This document shows, piece after piece, positions 50,256 to 62,329 of a stretch of 64,000 nucleotides of DNA. Position 1 is the stretch's first letter. The number at the start of each line of letters is the position of its first letter. Origin of the DNA: Eledone cirrhosa (Eukaryota); assembly GCA_964016885.1 (NCBI GenBank), contig OZ024741.1, positions 359,476,001 to 359,540,000 on the forward strand, written 5' to 3'. Below the pieces are notes generated by a model. That model worked only from the letters and a program-made list of their open reading frames with translations. It was not told the DNA's origin and searched no databases. The position numbers were made by a program, and so were the translations under genes.

Positions 50256-50782
50256 GACGAACCCACAACATACACACGTCAACATACATACCTACATCAG
50301 CACACATCTCTACCCACATATAAACACAATGACACACGTAAACACACATGCTCTATGGTGCAATACAAAAAAATATATGTGCATATATATGTATGTATAT
50401 ATGTATATATATGTATATATGTATGTAGTGAAAATATATATATATATATGTGTGTGTGTGTGGGTGTGTATATGTGTGTATATAGTGAATATCATTTCAC
50501 ACCCTTTATTGTTAAGATTGTTGATGTTCTATTAAGAGAACCGATTTTACTGAAAAAATCGAATAATGTACACCATTTTACCAGGGGGGGAAAAAAATAC
50601 TGGTCCACCCACACACGCACACACACACACACACACATATATACACAGACACATACACACGCGTACATCAACATACAAAGAGACTTATACACACACACAC
50701 ACACACACACACGCACTTCTCCGTATAAGACAAAAGCTGAAAAATATCTTTTGACCTTCGAATGACTCTGCTGTGTGTATGT

Positions 50783-50820
<38 letters not shown>

Positions 50821-50889
50821 ATCTTAATAGCCATTTGACACACATCGCTGGTGGCTATTGTCGCAGCATCGAATACCTTACTACTACTA

Positions 50890-50951
<62 letters not shown>

Positions 50952-51466
50952 CTGTTGTGAAAGAGTCATTTCTCAATCTTGGCGCAAAACCAATTTTTTA
51001 TCCACATGACCTCTACCGACCAATCAAAATTGTTTTGACCATAATCTTTGCTGGAGCCACTTTTCTAACATTTTAACATAAAAACAGTCTTGGCGCAAAA
51101 TCAACTTTTTACATTCACATGACCTCTACCGACCAATCAAAATTGTTTTGACCACAAGCATTTTTACAACACAAAAATAACGCTGGAGCCATTTTTTTAA
51201 CATAAAAACAGGTAGAATTCCCAAAACTAATCAGATCAGAGCAAACAGCACGGACACTCTATCTCAAAATTATTTTTGAAAAGCATTTAGAAATGCGCAA
51301 CCGGTAAAAACTTAAAAACTTAAAACCACAACTGAATACTAACCCATACAATCACTAATACTCTTTTATTCCTAATTAAACCATTTTTCAACTGTGAACA
51401 ATTTGTCAGCATTTTCTATTCCGTTTACCAATATATAATAACTTGTGTGTTACACCTCTATTCTTT

Positions 51467-51523
<57 letters not shown>

Positions 51524-51584
51524 ACATCAATAATATATTATACAAATACACATGTTTCACTAGGAGAATCTAGATATTGAAATG

Positions 51585-51642
51585 TTTGAACTGATGAACT
51601 AAGAGGGTCTATTTAGATCCTTGTGAAACATGTGTATTCAGA
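51585..51642 (+). ncRNA. Type I hammerhead ribozyme (unit 3)
   Basis: Identical to 43878-43935. Confidence 0.82.
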
Positions 51643-52057
51643 TAATGTATAGTTGATGTAATAAAATATTTTATATAACACAACTTTACCTACTTGGATA
51701 TTTATTATGAAATTCAACTACACTACATATGTATATATACAAGGGAGTGCTGAAATGTTCCTGGCTTTGGGTAAAATAAAATACAGGAGGATTAGTTAAT
51801 TATGATTAAATAAAATACAGGAGGATTAGTTAATTATGATTTTATTCAACATATTTCCCTCTCAGATTCAAACACTTATTGCAACAGTTTTTCTAAGCCC
51901 TGTAAAAAGAACTCGGAAGGTTGGGCTTCCAAATATCCTTTCGCAATACCCTTAAAGCCAGGAACTTTTCAGCACCCACCTCGTATATTTATATATATAT
52001 ATCACACACATACACTCAATGATTATTCAGTTTTGACTGGGAAGAAAGACAATAATC

Positions 52058-53335
52058 TCACAATTTCATGGTGTCAAAGGCCTCGTTGTTGAGGGGGTTG
52101 TGTGTGGAGATGTATGGAAGAGCTTTTAGTTTTGGTTGATTTACTTTAGGGTGTCTAAGGTCCTGGGTACTGAGTTTTAGGGCACGTTGGATTCCATTGT
52201 CAATTAGTGATGCAGGGTAGTCCCTGCCTATGAGTGTGTCCTTTAGTTCTTGTAGCCGTAAGTAGCAGATGTTTTTATTGGAGACTATAGTACAGATTCT
52301 CTTGGCTAAGTTGTAGGGAATATTAATTTTAACGTGTCTAGGGTGGCAAGAGTTGAAGGGGAGGTATTGCTTGGAGTCTGTGGGCTTGTAGTATATGTCT
52401 GTTTCTATTTTTTTGTTATGGATCTTAATGAGGATGTCGAGGAAGGGGAGTTGTTGATGGCTGTATTCCATTGTGAAGTTAATATTTGTGTTGAGCCCAT
52501 TTATAAGGGTGTGAAATTCTTTAAGTTTTTCGATGTTTTCGTGCCAAAGGATGAAGCAGTCATCAAGATATCGCTTCCAGTTCCTTTCAATGTGTAAGTG
52601 GAGGGTGTTTCCAAATTTGTTTAGGACTTTAGTGTAGAGGGTGATTTCCAGGTATCCCATGACTAGGTTGGCATACGTAGGGGCTGTTTTCGTTCCCATA
52701 GCGGTCCCAGATTTCTGCCTGTAGGGTTTGTTATTGAAAACGAAGTAATTGTTCTCCAAGATAAATTTGAGTCCCTCTATCACGAATTCTTTTTTGATGC
52801 GTTGTGGGAGTTCATTGTGGAAGTTATCCAGCCAGAATTGGATAGCTTCTATTCCTAGGTTGTGGGGGATGTTGGAGTATAGGTTGACTACATCGAACGT
52901 CACTAGTAGGGTTTGTTCAGAAAGTGGCATATTAGGGAGGTGATTGAGCATATCTAGGTCGTCCCTTATATAGCTTTTGATGTGCTTGAGGAAGGGTTTG
53001 AGAAGGGTATCAATGAAGTTGCTAAGACGGTGCGTTTCGCAAGCGGGGCCTGCTATTATAGGTCTTAATTTGAGATCATTGAAAGGAACTGGAAGCGATA
53101 TCTTGATGACTGCTTCATCCTTTGGCACGAAAACATCGAAAAACTTAAAGAATTTCACACCCTTATAAATGGGCTCAACACAAATATTAACTTCACAATG
53201 GAATACAGCCATCAACAACTCCCCTTCCTCGACATCCTCATTAAGATCCATAACAAAAAAATAGAAACAGACATATACTACAAGCCCACAGACTCCAAGC
53301 AATACCTCCCCTTCAACTCTTGCCACCCTAGACAC
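52058..53335 (-). CDS. Chimeric Penelope RT-only ORF, 425 aa (unit 4)
   Basis: Identical to the unit 2 ORF. Confidence 0.6.
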   Translation of the reverse strand: MSRVARVEGEVLLGVCGLVVYVCFYFFVMDLNEDVEEGELLMAVFHCEVNICVEPIYKGVKFFKFFDVFVPKDEAVIKISLPVPFNDLKLRPIIAGPACETHRLSNFIDTLLKPFLKHIKSYIRDDLDMLNHLPNMPLSEQTLLVTFDVVNLYSNIPHNLGIEAIQFWLDNFHNELPQRIKKEFVIEGLKFILENNYFVFNNKPYRQKSGTAMGTKTAPTYANLVMGYLEITLYTKVLNKFGNTLHLHIERNWKRYLDDCFILWHENIEKLKEFHTLINGLNTNINFTMEYSHQQLPFLDILIKIHNKKIETDIYYKPTDSKQYLPFNSCHPRHVKINIPYNLAKRICTIVSNKNICYLRLQELKDTLIGRDYPASLIDNGIQRALKLSTQDLRHPKVNQPKLKALPYISTHNPLNNEAFDTMKL

Positions 53336-54160
53336 GTTAAAATTAATATTCCCTACAACTTAGCCAAGAGAATCTGTACTATAGTCTCCAATAAAAACAT
53401 CTGCTACTTACGGCTACAAGAACTAAAGGACACACTCATAGGCAGGGACTACCCTGCATCACTAATTGACAATGGAATCCAACGTGCCCTAAAACTCAGT
53501 ACCCAGGACCTTAGACACCCTAAAGTAAATCAACCAAAACTAAAAGCTCTTCCATACATCTCCACACACAACCCCCTCAACAACGAGGCCTTTGACACCA
53601 TCCTCCAGAACATCCCTGTATTGAAAAAGGACCATAGAATGAACCAAATTCTACGAACACACGATATCATAAAAAGCAAAAGACAATCCAAGTCAATGAA
53701 AAACATCTTAACACATGCCAAAGTACTGCCAACCACAACAACGAAACCCACAGTAAAAAAATGCGATAGACCCAACTGTGGCATTTGCATCAACCTAATA
53801 GAGGGTTCGGAATTCTATTTCAAAGATGGACAACGTTTTATAGTAAAACACAATTTCACATGTGCATCGGAAAATTTAATATATGTATTAACTTGTTCAG
53901 GTTGTCGAGAACAATACATAGGCCAGACCAAAAACAGCCTCCGCCAACGCATGACTGTCCATAGATCCCAAATTAAAATACGGGAATACAGGAAAATACC
54001 ACTGAGTGAACACATTGATACCTGCGCCGCCCAAAATCATCCCAACTTCAGAATCTTTCCCCTCTACAAATTTAAAGATAATGCCACCCACACCCAGCGC
54101 ATCAGCAAGGAATCTTACTTCATTAACAAATACGGACCCCGTCTAAACACTTCTCCCTAA
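53198..54160 (+). CDS. Penelope thumb + GIY-YIG ORF (unit 4)
   Basis: Identical translation. Confidence 0.7.
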   Translation: MEYSHQQLPFLDILIKIHNKKIETDIYYKPTDSKQYLPFNSCHPRHVKINIPYNLAKRICTIVSNKNICYLRLQELKDTLIGRDYPASLIDNGIQRALKLSTQDLRHPKVNQPKLKALPYISTHNPLNNEAFDTILQNIPVLKKDHRMNQILRTHDIIKSKRQSKSMKNILTHAKVLPTTTTKPTVKKCDRPNCGICINLIEGSEFYFKDGQRFIVKHNFTCASENLIYVLTCSGCREQYIGQTKNSLRQRMTVHRSQIKIREYRKIPLSEHIDTCAAQNHPNFRIFPLYKFKDNATHTQRISKESYFINKYGPRLNTSP

Positions 54161-54687
54161 GACGAACCCACAACATACACACGTCAACATACATACCTAC
54201 ATCAGCACACATCTCTACCCACATATAAACACAATGACACACGTAAACACACATGCTCTATGGTGCAATACAAAAAAATATATGTGCATATATATGTATG
54301 TATATATGTATATATATGTATATATGTATGTAGTGAAAATATATATATATATATGTGTGTGTGTGTGGGTGTGTATATGTGTGTATATAGTGAATATCAT
54401 TTCACACCCTTTATTGTTAAGATTGTTGATGTTCTATTAAGAGAACCGATTTTACTGAAAAAATCGAATAATGTACACCATTTTACCAGGGGGGGAAAAA
54501 AATACTGGTCCACCCACACACGCACACACACACACACACACATATATACACAGACACATACACACGCGTACATCAACATACAAAGAGACTTATACACACA
54601 CACACACACACACACACGCACTTCTCCGTATAAGACAAAAGCTGAAAAATATCTTTTGACCTTCGAATGACTCTGCTGTGTGTATGT

Positions 54688-54723
<36 letters not shown>

Positions 54724-54792
54724 ATCTTAATAGCCATTTGACACACATCGCTGGTGGCTATTGTCGCAGCATCGAATACCTTACTACTACTA

Positions 54793-54846
<54 letters not shown>

Positions 54847-55367
54847 CTGTTGTGAAAGAGTCATTTCTCAATCTTGGCGCAAAACCAATTTTTTATCCAC
54901 ATGACCTCTACCGACCAATCAAAATTGTTTTGACCATAATCTTTGCTGGAGCCACTTTCACTTTTCTAACATTTTAACATAAAAACAGTCTTGGCGCAAA
55001 ATCAACTTTTTACATTCACATGACCTCTACCGACCAATCAAAATTGTTTTGACCACAAGCATTTTTACAACACAAAAATAACGCTGGAGCCATTTTTTTA
55101 ACATAAAAACAGGTAGAATTCCCAAAACTAATCAGATCAGAGCAAACAGCACGGACACTCTATCTCAAAATTATTTTTGAAAAGCATTTAGAAATGCGCA
55201 ACCGGTAAAAACTTAAAAACTTAAAACCACAACTGAATACTAACCCATACAATCACTAATACTCTTTTATTCCTAATTAAACCATTTTTCAACTGTGAAC
55301 AATTTGTCAGCATTTTCTATTCCGTTTACCAATATATAATAACTTGTGTGTTACACCTCTATTCTTT

Positions 55368-55416
<49 letters not shown>

Positions 55417-55482
55417 TTATTACATCAATAATATATTATACAAATACACATGTTTCACTAGGAGAATCTAGATATTGAAATG

Positions 55483-55540
55483 TTTGAACTGATGAACTAA
55501 GAGGGTCTATTTAGATCCTTGTGAAACATGTGTATTCAGA
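55483..55540 (+). ncRNA. Type I hammerhead ribozyme (unit 4)
   Basis: Identical to 43878-43935. Confidence 0.82.
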
Positions 55541-55921
55541 TAATGTATAGTTGATGTAATAAAATATTTTATATAACACAACTTTACCTACTTGGATATT
55601 TATTATGAAATTCAACTACACTACATATGTATATATACAAGGGAGTGCTGAAATGTTCCTGGCTTTGGGTAAAATAAAATACAGGAGGATTAGTTAATTA
55701 TGATTTTATTCAACATATTTCCCTCTCAGATTCAAACACTTATTGCAACAGTTTTTCTAAGCCCTGTAAAAAGAACTCGGAAGGTTGGGCTTCCAAATAT
55801 CCTTTCGCAATACCCTTAAAGCCAGGAACTTTTCAGCACCCACCTCGTATATTTATATATATATATCACACACATACACTCAATGATTATTCAGTTTTGA
55901 CTGGGAAGAAAGACAATAATC

Positions 55922-57199
55922 TCACAATTTCATGGTGTCAAAGGCCTCGTTGTTGAGGGGGTTGTGTGTGGAGATGTATGGAAGAGCTTTTAGTTTTGGT
56001 TGATTTACTTTAGGGTGTCTAAGGTCCTGGGTACTGAGTTTTAGGGCACGTTGGATTCCATTGTCAATTAGTGATGCAGGGTAGTCCCTGCCTATGAGTG
56101 TGTCCTTTAGTTCTTGTAGCCGTAAGTAGCAGATGTTTTTATTGGAGACTATAGTACAGATTCTCTTGGCTAAGTTGTAGGGAATATTAATTTTAACGTG
56201 TCTAGGGTGGCAAGAGTTGAAGGGGAGGTATTGCTTGGAGTCTGTGGGCTTGTAGTATATGTCTGTTTCTATTTTTTTGTTATGGATCTTAATGAGGATG
56301 TCGAGGAAGGGGAGTTGTTGATGGCTGTATTCCATTGTGAAGTTAATATTTGTGTTGAGCCCATTTATAAGGGTGTGAAATTCTTTAAGTTTTTCGATGT
56401 TTTCGTGCCAAAGGATGAAGCAGTCATCAAGATATCGCTTCCAGTTCCTTTCAATGTGTAAGTGGAGGGTGTTTCCAAATTTGTTTAGGACTTTAGTGTA
56501 GAGGGTGATTTCCAGGTATCCCATGACTAGGTTGGCATACGTAGGGGCTGTTTTCGTTCCCATAGCGGTCCCAGATTTCTGCCTGTAGGGTTTGTTATTG
56601 AAAACGAAGTAATTGTTCTCCAAGATAAATTTGAGTCCCTCTATCACGAATTCTTTTTTGATGCGTTGTGGGAGTTCATTGTGGAAGTTATCCAGCCAGA
56701 ATTGGATAGCTTCTATTCCTAGGTTGTGGGGGATGTTGGAGTATAGGTTGACTACATCGAACGTCACTAGTAGGGTTTGTTCAGAAAGTGGCATATTAGG
56801 GAGGTGATTGAGCATATCTAGGTCGTCCCTTATATAGCTTTTGATGTGCTTGAGGAAGGGTTTGAGAAGGGTATCAATGAAGTTGCTAAGACGGTGCGTT
56901 TCGCAAGCGGGGCCTGCTATTATAGGTCTTAATTTGAGATCATTGAAAGGAACTGGAAGCGATATCTTGATGACTGCTTCATCCTTTGGCACGAAAACAT
57001 CGAAAAACTTAAAGAATTTCACACCCTTATAAATGGGCTCAACACAAATATTAACTTCACAATGGAATACAGCCATCAACAACTCCCCTTCCTCGACATC
57101 CTCATTAAGATCCATAACAAAAAAATAGAAACAGACATATACTACAAGCCCACAGACTCCAAGCAATACCTCCCCTTCAACTCTTGCCACCCTAGACAC
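55922..57199 (-). CDS. Chimeric Penelope RT-only ORF, 425 aa (unit 5)
   Basis: Identical to the unit 2 ORF. Confidence 0.6.
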   Translation of the reverse strand: MSRVARVEGEVLLGVCGLVVYVCFYFFVMDLNEDVEEGELLMAVFHCEVNICVEPIYKGVKFFKFFDVFVPKDEAVIKISLPVPFNDLKLRPIIAGPACETHRLSNFIDTLLKPFLKHIKSYIRDDLDMLNHLPNMPLSEQTLLVTFDVVNLYSNIPHNLGIEAIQFWLDNFHNELPQRIKKEFVIEGLKFILENNYFVFNNKPYRQKSGTAMGTKTAPTYANLVMGYLEITLYTKVLNKFGNTLHLHIERNWKRYLDDCFILWHENIEKLKEFHTLINGLNTNINFTMEYSHQQLPFLDILIKIHNKKIETDIYYKPTDSKQYLPFNSCHPRHVKINIPYNLAKRICTIVSNKNICYLRLQELKDTLIGRDYPASLIDNGIQRALKLSTQDLRHPKVNQPKLKALPYISTHNPLNNEAFDTMKL

Positions 57200-58024
57200 G
57201 TTAAAATTAATATTCCCTACAACTTAGCCAAGAGAATCTGTACTATAGTCTCCAATAAAAACATCTGCTACTTACGGCTACAAGAACTAAAGGACACACT
57301 CATAGGCAGGGACTACCCTGCATCACTAATTGACAATGGAATCCAACGTGCCCTAAAACTCAGTACCCAGGACCTTAGACACCCTAAAGTAAATCAACCA
57401 AAACTAAAAGCTCTTCCATACATCTCCACACACAACCCCCTCAACAACGAGGCCTTTGACACCATCCTCCAGAACATCCCTGTATTGAAAAAGGACCATA
57501 GAATGAACCAAATTCTACGAACACACGATATCATAAAAAGCAAAAGACAATCCAAGTCAATGAAAAACATCTTAACACATGCCAAAGTACTGCCAACCAC
57601 AACAACGAAACCCACAGTAAAAAAATGCGATAGACCCAACTGTGGCATTTGCATCAACCTAATAGAGGGTTCGGAATTCTATTTCAAAGATGGACAACGT
57701 TTTATAGTAAAACACAATTTCACATGTGCATCGGAAAATTTAATATATGTATTAACTTGTTCAGGTTGTCGAGAACAATACATAGGCCAGACCAAAAACA
57801 GCCTCCGCCAACGCATGACTGTCCATAGATCCCAAATTAAAATACGGGAATACAGGAAAATACCACTGAGTGAACACATTGATACCTGCGCCGCCCAAAA
57901 TCATCCCAACTTCAGAATCTTTCCCCTCTACAAATTTAAAGATAATGCCACCCACACCCAGCGCATCAGCAAGGAATCTTACTTCATTAACAAATACGGA
58001 CCCCGTCTAAACACTTCTCCCTAA
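57062..58024 (+). CDS. Penelope thumb + GIY-YIG ORF (unit 5)
   Basis: Identical translation. Confidence 0.7.
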   Translation: MEYSHQQLPFLDILIKIHNKKIETDIYYKPTDSKQYLPFNSCHPRHVKINIPYNLAKRICTIVSNKNICYLRLQELKDTLIGRDYPASLIDNGIQRALKLSTQDLRHPKVNQPKLKALPYISTHNPLNNEAFDTILQNIPVLKKDHRMNQILRTHDIIKSKRQSKSMKNILTHAKVLPTTTTKPTVKKCDRPNCGICINLIEGSEFYFKDGQRFIVKHNFTCASENLIYVLTCSGCREQYIGQTKNSLRQRMTVHRSQIKIREYRKIPLSEHIDTCAAQNHPNFRIFPLYKFKDNATHTQRISKESYFINKYGPRLNTSP

Positions 58025-58551
58025 GACGAACCCACAACATACACACGTCAACATACATACCTACATCAGCACACATCTCTACCCACATATAAACACAATG
58101 ACACACGTAAACACACATGCTCTATGGTGCAATACAAAAAAATATATGTGCATATATATGTATATATATATGTATATATATGTATATATGTATGTAGTGA
58201 AAATATATATATATATATGTGTGTGTGTGTGGGTGTGTATATGTGTGTATATAGTGAATATCATTTCACACCCTTTATTGTTAAGATTGTTGATGTTCTA
58301 TTAAGAGAACCGATTTTACTGAAAAAATCGAATAATGTACACCATTTTACCAGGGGGGGAAAAAAATACTGGTCCACCCACACACGCACACACACACACA
58401 CACACATATATACACAGACACATACACACGCGTACATCAACATACAAAGAGACTTATACACACACACACACACACACACACGCACTTCTCCGTATAAGAC
58501 AAAAGCTGAAAAATATCTTTTGACCTTCGAATGACTCTGCTGTGTGTATGT

Positions 58552-58587
<36 letters not shown>

Positions 58588-58656
58588 ATCTTAATAGCCA
58601 TTTGACACACATCGCTGGTGGCTATTGTCGCAGCATCGAATACCTTACTACTACTA

Positions 58657-58726
<70 letters not shown>

Positions 58727-59241
58727 CTGTTGTGAAAGAGTCATTTCTCAATCTTGGCGCAAAACCAATTTTTTATTCACATGACCTCTACCGACCAATC
58801 AAAATTGTTTTGACCATAATCTTTGCTGGAGCCACTTTTCTAACATTTTAACATAAAAACAGTCTTGGCGCAAAATCAACTTTTTACATTCACATGACCT
58901 CTACCGACCAATCAAAATTGTTTTGACCACAAGCATTTTTACAACACAAAAATAACGCTGGAGCCATTTTTTTAACATAAAAACAGGTAGAATTCCCAAA
59001 ACTAATCAGATCAGAGCAAACAGCACGGACACTCTATCTCAAAATTATTTTTGAAAAGCATTTAGAAATGCGCAACCGGTAAAAACTTAAAAACTTAAAA
59101 CCACAACTGAATACTAACCCATACAATCACTAATACTCTTTTATTCCTAATTAAACCATTTTTCAACTGTGAACAATTTGTCAGCATTTTCTATTCCGTT
59201 TACCAATATATAATAACTTGTGTGTTACACCTCTATTCTTT

Positions 59242-59297
<56 letters not shown>

Positions 59298-59365
59298 TTT
59301 TATTACATCAATAATATATTATACAAATACACATGTTTCACTAGGAGAATCTAGATATTGAAATG

Positions 59366-59423
59366 TTTGAACTGATGAACTAAGAGGGTCTATTTAGATC
59401 CTTGTGAAACATGTGTATTCAGA
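59366..59423 (+). ncRNA. Type I hammerhead ribozyme (unit 5)
   Basis: Identical to 43878-43935. Confidence 0.82.
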
Positions 59424-59899
59424 TAATGTATAGTTGATGTAATAAAATATTTTATATAACACAACTTTACCTACTTGGATATTTATTATGAAATTCAACT
59501 ACACTACATATGTATATATACAAGGGAGTGCTGAAATGTTCCTGGCTTTGGGTAAAATAAAATACAGGAGGATTAGTTAATTATGATTTTATTCAACATA
59601 TTTCCCTCTCAGATTCAAACACTTATTGCAACAGTTTTTCTAAGCCCTGTAAAAAGAACTCGGAAGGTTGGGCTTCCAAATATCCTTTCGCAATACCCTT
59701 AAAGCCAGGAACTTTTCAGCACCCACCTCGTATATTTATATATATATATCACACACATACACTCAATGATTATTCAGTTTTGACTGGGAAGAAAGACAAT
59801 AATCTCACAATTTCAGTTTTTTCAACCCATCCTTCACCATTAGAGCCTCATTTCTAGTGACACAATGTTTAATAACACAATCAAACATGAATCTTTTGC

Positions 59900-60200
59900 A
59901 TCCGTGTGTCTATGTGAGCCATGACTTTCATTTATATTCGAAATCGCTGTTTACCAAGCTAGCTGTCTCAACTCTGTTGTATGAATGTGAAGCATGGACA
60001 CTACAGGAAGCAAATTACAACATTGGAAAACTTCCCCATTTGGTGTCTGCAAAGACATCTAAGAATTACTTGGAAGGGAAAAAATTCTTAATATTGACAT
60101 TCCCAGACAATTGAAGCAATGATCATAAAGTACATTCTCCACTTGACCAGGCATGTAATCCATATAAATGAGTCTTGACAACCAAGGATAGAGCTTTATG
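59900..60200 (+). mobile_element. Very decayed RTE-like LINE 3' fragment
   Basis: STLLYECEAWTL resembles the RTE LLYGxExW motif. Confidence 0.4.
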
Positions 60201-60210
60201 GCAAGCTAAC

Positions 60211-60439
60211 TTAACACTTTAGTATTTAAACCGGCCGTATCCGGCCAAAATTCTCTCACTTCTTTCAGTTCAAACTGGCTGTAACCGACTGCTCAAACTG
60301 ATGTTAAGGTATTGTTCTCAAAATAAATAATATCAAAATCTCATAGATTCGATACTATGTGAGATAATTATGTGAGCTAATGCCTTTACCGTGAAAATAT
60401 AATATTAAATATAGAGTAATGCGAATGCTAAAGGCTTAA
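60211..60439. mobile_element. Decayed TTAA-flanked (piggyBac-type) MITE
   Basis: Imperfect TIRs: TTAA-CACTTTAGTATTT ... GAATGCTAAAGGC-TTAA. Confidence 0.5.
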
Positions 60440-60763
60440 GGCCCTTAGGAAGCATTGGAAAGACCAACTGAAGCACACCATCTCTGCCTGTGTGAAGGAG
60501 AGTTGTCTATGATGGTGTACAACATTTCAAAGCTGAATACATTAGGCAGTAGGATGATTTAATAGCTAGCTGATATCATTGTCAAATTTGGTAATCCCAC
60601 AGTAAGAATGTGATTTTACATCCATGTTTGGCTTGTCTCCATATCTATCTTTCACATATTGGGCATATATCTCATCTGTATGCTTATTCAAGGTATGGTA
60701 AGTATACCTGATGGTCAGAAACATCACCATCGAATTGAGATACAGCCAGCCAGACCAGCACTC

Positions 60764-60796
<33 letters not shown>

Positions 60797-61727
60797 TACT
60801 CACACCAGCAATACAATAATAACATAATATGTTTTGTCTCCTTAATTAGCTGTCAAATGCTGATGTCTTCAATAGAATTACTTCTTTTATTTCCTTCTTT
60901 ATTTCATTTCACTGACACTCCCATCTCCTGCAATCAACCATGCCAACCACCAACACCATCACCCTACCACAATCATCCAACCCCCAACACCATTAATCCA
61001 TTTATTGATTCTATATATCTGCATGTACTAACAAATTCAATTAAACTGCATTGATTACAATTGTCAATAAAGAAATTATTAACACCATTTTTTTCCCGCA
61101 GTCACAGATGCAGCTGTGTGGTTAAGAGGTTTGCTCCACAACTAAATATTTATCTCTTTTTGTCAACTGGAACTACTACCACCCATTGATTTGGCAGGAT
61201 TTTTTTTTTTTTTAGATGGGCGTTGGCTCTTATGAGTTCTTCTGCTTTTTGTCAGGTTTTGTTTTTTGTTTTGCAGGGTGTCCAAAATACTTGGTGTAAT
61301 GGTTCTGAGAACAATGTGACTTTGCAGATGATCAATGGAAAGGTGCTCCCACTTGAGTTAGAAGAGAACTATTGACCTTCAAGAGAAGCAGCAGCCCCTG
61401 ATTGTATTCAGCAACCGAAACAAATAGTACACCAAATCCAATGCTCCTAGGGGCAGCCCTGGTTCTTCTTATGTGCGAGTGTAAACTCGGCCAGATTAGA
61501 TTAGATTAGAATTTGTCAAAAGACTACATAAATGTTCCTGTCCATTTTTTTGTTTTATTACTGTCTCACATGCATCCCACCAACAGATTGATTATTTGAT
61601 CTGTTGCACAAACTGGCATCACAAGTGCAGTACCACCTTAATGCATAACATTGCACTGCCAGCAAGATGGTTGAAGGTGTAAGGCTGCAGCTGTCCTCTT
61701 GTATAACTGCGCTTTTTCTGCTGGTAA

Positions 61728-61915
61728 GGGCGGTGGATTGGCAGTATCGGTAGAGGGTCAGATGCCATGCTTTGTAGCATAGAGTTACGCCCCTTTATGG
61801 TCTGAGTTCAAATCCCACCAAGGTTAACTTTGCCTATCATCCTTATGGGGTCGATAAAATAAAGGACCAGTAATGCACTGGATAATTGCTGGCCTTGTGT
61901 CAAAAGTAGAAACAA
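61728..61915 (+). mobile_element. tRNA-derived SINE, decayed
   Basis: A-box-like TGGCAGTATCGG and B-box GAGTTCAAATCC, then a CATCCTTATGGGGTCGATAAAAT body and an AT-rich tail. Confidence 0.65.
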
Positions 61916-62142
61916 TTATATTTATATATATATCCACACCAACACACTTCTACTTTGTTAAACTAACACACACATATATATGTGCGTGTGTGTGTGTGTG
62001 TGTATGTATATATATATATATATACATACAGACACACACATATATATGTGTGTGTGTATGTATATATATATACATATACATATATATAAAATGGAAAACA
62101 AAGAATCAGTGATGCATTGGAACACAATTAATTACGAATTAC

Positions 62143-62329
62143 AATTGTTTCTCCGGGGAACAGCTCGAGGTGCGATCTGTTTGTGGATCGAACCTGACTC
62201 TGGATTTGCAAGTTCCTCAGATACGTCTAGCTTCGGAATCACTAGACGTATCTGAGGAACTTGCAAATCCAGAGTCAGGTTCGATCCACAAACCGGTCGC
62301 ACCTCGAGCTGTTCGCCGGAGAAACAATT
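62143..62329. repeat. Palindrome with 88-bp arms and an 11-nt loop: back-to-back long-helix-II hammerhead-like units
   Basis: 62143-62230 is the reverse complement of 62242-62329 with three mismatches. Each arm reads ACGTAT-CTGAGGA-(~62 nt)-GAAACAATT. Confidence 0.85.

Larger units (their letters stand above)
40458..59815. repeat. Five head-to-tail copies of a ~3.87-kb unit (antisense RT fragment, sense thumb/GIY-YIG/3'UTR, and flank with hammerhead and MITE)
   Basis: Identical 320-aa ORFs at 41588, 45457, 49293, 53198 and 57062. Junction ...CACAATTTCA|TGGTGTCAAAGG. Unique sequence resumes at 59816. Confidence 0.97.

Noticed and set aside
40458-59815. Pure assembly artefact
   Set aside because: The units carry private indels and SNPs and a clean novel junction. 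Not fully excluded without reads.
60602-60702. Possible host exon (CAG...GGTAAGT)
   Set aside because: No recognisable protein, weak acceptor and no partner exons.
61270-61460. C-terminus of an RLE-type LINE on the minus strand (LGAL...LQSHIVLRT...ILDT)
   Set aside because: Too short and decayed to support a call.
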